Shown: positions 37,271 to 40,780 of the stretch, piece after piece
How positions within the stretch are numbered: the stretch's first letter is position 1
Layout of the letters: each line of letters starts with the position of its first letter
Source of the DNA: Dimorphilus gyrociliatus
Taxonomy: Eukaryota; Animalia; Annelida
DNA length: 40,780 nucleotides
Assembly: GCA_904063045.1 (NCBI GenBank)
Contig: CAJFCJ010000104.1
Span: 1-40,780, forward strand
Direction of reading: 5' to 3'
Made by a program: the position numbers and the translations under genes
The notes under the pieces: model-generated
What the model was told of the DNA's origin: nothing
Database searches by the model: none
What the model saw: the letters and a program-made list of their open reading frames with translations, nothing else

Positions 37271-37858
37271 ATAACAGATAAATATATATATATTTTGTAT
37301 TTCACTAGTTATTCAAGCTGGTAATTTGTATTGAAAAGTATATTTCTATGGTTTTTTCCTTTCATATCCTTCAGTAAAAAATAGTAAGGATACTTTATTA
37401 TAATACTTTACTTCACCAAAATAATTTTCAAATGGCTTGACAGAACCGAATAAAGTTTGCACAATGAAAGCTTACAGATTAAGTAATATATTTGGAAAGT
37501 ATCAATAGCATTGGTTAGGCTATTCTAAAATTACAGCAAAACATCTAACATATCTTTCCCATACATTTTCAATTTATTTTTGATATGATAGGGACATTTT
37601 CAATAATTTTTTGATATTTTCCATGACATCCCATTTAGCCTAGTCATGTTTTTGATTTATAAGATTCCATTATACAGCATTACAATAATTGAATAATTAG
37701 TAAATTTTAGTTTAGGTCTACACAAAAATTTTATAATTAGCAATGGGAATAGAATTTCAAAATGCTCTAATGGACTAAAAGTAAATCAATTTAATAGTTT
37801 ACATATAAAAAGGTTTATAAAAGGAAAGTGAATAATCTTGCTAATTTAAACAAAGAAA

Positions 37859-40780
37859 ATGAACAAATTTTTCTTTTTGGTTTTTTTAATAAGTATTGAA
37901 AAAATATTTTTGCTTTATAATATTAGAGATTGTGAAACTCCCACTAAATTTATTGATTTATACTTTTTGGATAAATTTTTTACCTATTCAATTAAACCAT
38001 TAGTAAAAGATGAATACTCAATTTATGGAAAATTACAAATACAAATTTCATCTATAAATCAACTTGAAAATGTTGCATTTCAATCAAAAATAACTGATAA
38101 TGAAATGAAAATGCTTTGCAAACGTATGGGTTATGATGGAATTCATTTTATAGCACAAGCATGTCCATCAGATGGAGGTAAAAATAATTGGCTTTCAATA
38201 TTCTTGTCAAAAATAAAAACATTATGTCAATTTTTGTGTTCAGATATTTTAACAATTTTTCTCAACTGTAAACCAGAAAATTGTGAAAAAATCATAGTGT
38301 AATATAAAAGCAATATAGATTTTAATTTTAAGATTCTCTTTACAAAAAAAAATATTTTAGTTACAGAATCTTAAAATCTTCTGATAGCTATCTTTCATTT
38401 TGTGTAAAATGTTTTTTTATTGACAAAATGTGTAAGAAAAAATATTGAGAATTTTAAAAATCTCTTTCATTGACATAGCCTTGACTTTAAACAGTTCTCT
38501 TTGCTGCAACATTTTCCAATCATCAACAGTCATTTCAAATTTTATCTAGATACAAACAAAATAATCTTTTGGTCAGTTTGCGAAATAGTACAAATGTTAG
38601 TTTATGTTCCAGGACACAATTTTTCCAAAGAAATTTTCATGAAGATGATATAAATTCAAAATTTGTTTTGTTCTTTGAGGATAAATATTTTAAAAATTTT
38701 ACAATTCAAAAATTTGAGTCATTTAAAAAAACAAACAAGTTTTTGTGTAAATTTAATGAATTAAATGGTAAAAATTAACAAAAAATTTTCTTTCAAAATG
38801 GCCATTAAAAATCATATTGCTAGGACTTTGATATGATAGGTTAAGGTTGATAGTGGCCATTTTCTCAACATTCAAAACCTTATTCATGATAAAGGGTATT
38901 TATTATTTAGATAGTATATTAGAAACAATTCCTTCAATCTATAAAGGGAAATTCTTTATGGAATTGACTGAAAATTATCTCATCAAATCAAAAACATTTG
39001 GATTCTTACCAATGAAATTTAAAATGACAGAAGATTTTATAAATATAGGCAAAGCTATTTGTAAACTGTCTGGAGAGCTCCCAACTCCAAATTCGCCAAT
39101 TATAATTATCAGAACATATGATGTTAGAAAGTGATTTTGAAAAAAGAAAATTTACAATATTTAATTATTTTTAAATATTTGAAAAATTCAGGAGATTTAT
39201 TTGGAACATTGTCCATTACTAAATCAACATTTGCATCGATTTGGTAATGTAGTTCTGGATAACTGTAAATGGGATAATTCAGATTTATGGGGATGTGAAC
39301 TGCTGGATACTGAAGAAACTGTTTATACAAGCATACCAAATTGTGTAAAAAAAGAGAATTTTACAAGTAAACATTATTTTAAACAAATGGTTTTTTTTAC
39401 AAAAATTAAAAATTATAGATTTTGATGTAAGATTATATACTTTTCAATCTCAATTATATTATTCAAAATATAAACAATCTAAATTCAAATTTACTGGAAA
39501 ATTTCAAGTTTTTTATAATGATTTTTGGTATAATGTAAGATTAATAGATTTAAAATATTTAGAAGTTAATGCAGTTTGTAAATATTTTGGTTTTTTGAGT
39601 GGAACAATGATAAAAGCAGAGGAAGAAACAGGTTTAGGAACTAGGGAATTATTTTCATTTAAATGTAATGGTACATCATTAAAAAATGACTGTAAACTTT
39701 CCTTTTTTCCACAAAGAGCATTTTTTCAAGAGTAAATATTTTTGTTAATTTTTAAAATATGTTATTTTCTCTGCTCTCTTTTTTTTTTACATACACAAGT
39801 AAACATGTTGGAAATAGACAAAAAGAAACAATACATTTTGCAATTGAATGCAAAAACTCCCATATATCTGGTATTTGTAAGAAAAAGAAAATAATAAAAG
39901 ACTGGTTTTTTAAAGAAATTGTTTTTTATTTGTTTTCAGATTGTAAATCGAAAGGTTTGTCATATACTTTTGAAGAATCTTGCTTCTATCTTTTTTCTGA
40001 GAAAATATCAGTGTCAATAAAAGACTCTTCTGAGTTATGTAAAAAGAGAAATATGACATTACCTAGCTACATTACCAATGAAGCAGAATATTTACTTACA
40101 TTAAACAAACAATTTGAGTATATACTTAGTGTTGAGGCAAGTGACAAACTTCAACCAAATTCAAAATTTAGACTCTCCTTACCTGGAAGTAATTAAAAAC
40201 AAACCCAATTTACTTGAACAAAAACTTTCTTTGTCTTTTTCTTATAAGCTTTAAAGACAGAGGAAGATGTTAAGGGTAGAAAATTTCTAGTTTTTGATGA
40301 TGGTAAACCTTTTGAATTAAGATACTTTCAACTTCTTAGAAATAATGAGTAACTTCAATAAAATAATAGTTCCATTGCATTGAATTATTTCATTTAATTG
40401 ATTTTATTTGGCAGTATGCCCGATAATTGTTTTACATATCTCTCTAAAATAACGACACCTTACATAAGTCGAAGAGATAAATGTTTCAAAGCTGAACATG
40501 CTTCTATGGTACTTGATTCAGTTATATTTAATGCTTTTCCTTGTGATATCAAGTTTTTCTATAATGTTTTTTGTATTCAATCAGAAAGTTGGTAAAAACT
40601 TTTTTCATTTTTCTTTTCTTTGGATAAAATAAATTTTTATACAGAATTTGATTTATCACAATTAAATATACACCAAGAATTGAATGATTTTTCAATGATG
40701 TTGATTTGTCCAAATAATTCATTTTTTTGTAAAATTGATATTATATGCATTAATATGATTTATGTATGTGATGGAATAGA
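37859..40780 (+). pseudogene. Multi-exon secreted/receptor gene: signal peptide, SRCR-like, C-type-lectin-like and LDLa domains; probably disrupted; continues past the window
   Basis: N-terminus MNKFFFLVFLISIE. SRCR-like MLCKRMGYDG and, at ~39480-39730, GKFQVFYNDFWYNV..NAVCKYFGFLSG..FKCNG..LKNDC. CTLD-like EESCFYLFSEK..SSELCKKRNMTLPS. LDLa CPNNSFFCKIDIICINMIYVCDGI at the window end. In-frame stops near 40350; I could not resolve a clean splice model. Confidence 0.6.

Overview
This is very AT-rich eukaryotic DNA with 59-78 nt GT-AG introns, consistent with a compact-genome invertebrate (spiralian/annelid-like; the taxon is my inference). About 25 kb (7813-32783) is a head-to-tail tandem array of four ~6.19-kb units. 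Each unit carries a six-exon minus-strand Dispatched-like/Patched-family RND transporter gene plus broken LDLa/SRCR gene fragments. Only the fourth copy (28759-32169) splices into an uninterrupted 1023-aa ORF; the other three have single-base indels, mostly in homopolymers. The units are separated and bounded by five copies of a ~464-bp direct repeat whose left edge is a foldback-rich scrambled junction. The whole array lies between ~864-bp inverted, near-identical copies of a decayed Mutator (MULE) transposase fragment. The flanks hold a transglutaminase-like (KY/hillarin/ltd-1-like) gene, a decayed LDLa-GPCR, Tc1/mariner and MULE relics, and a probably pseudogenised SRCR-CTLD-LDLa mosaic gene. 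All alignments and splice models were made by eye. No RNA genes or CRISPR array were seen.
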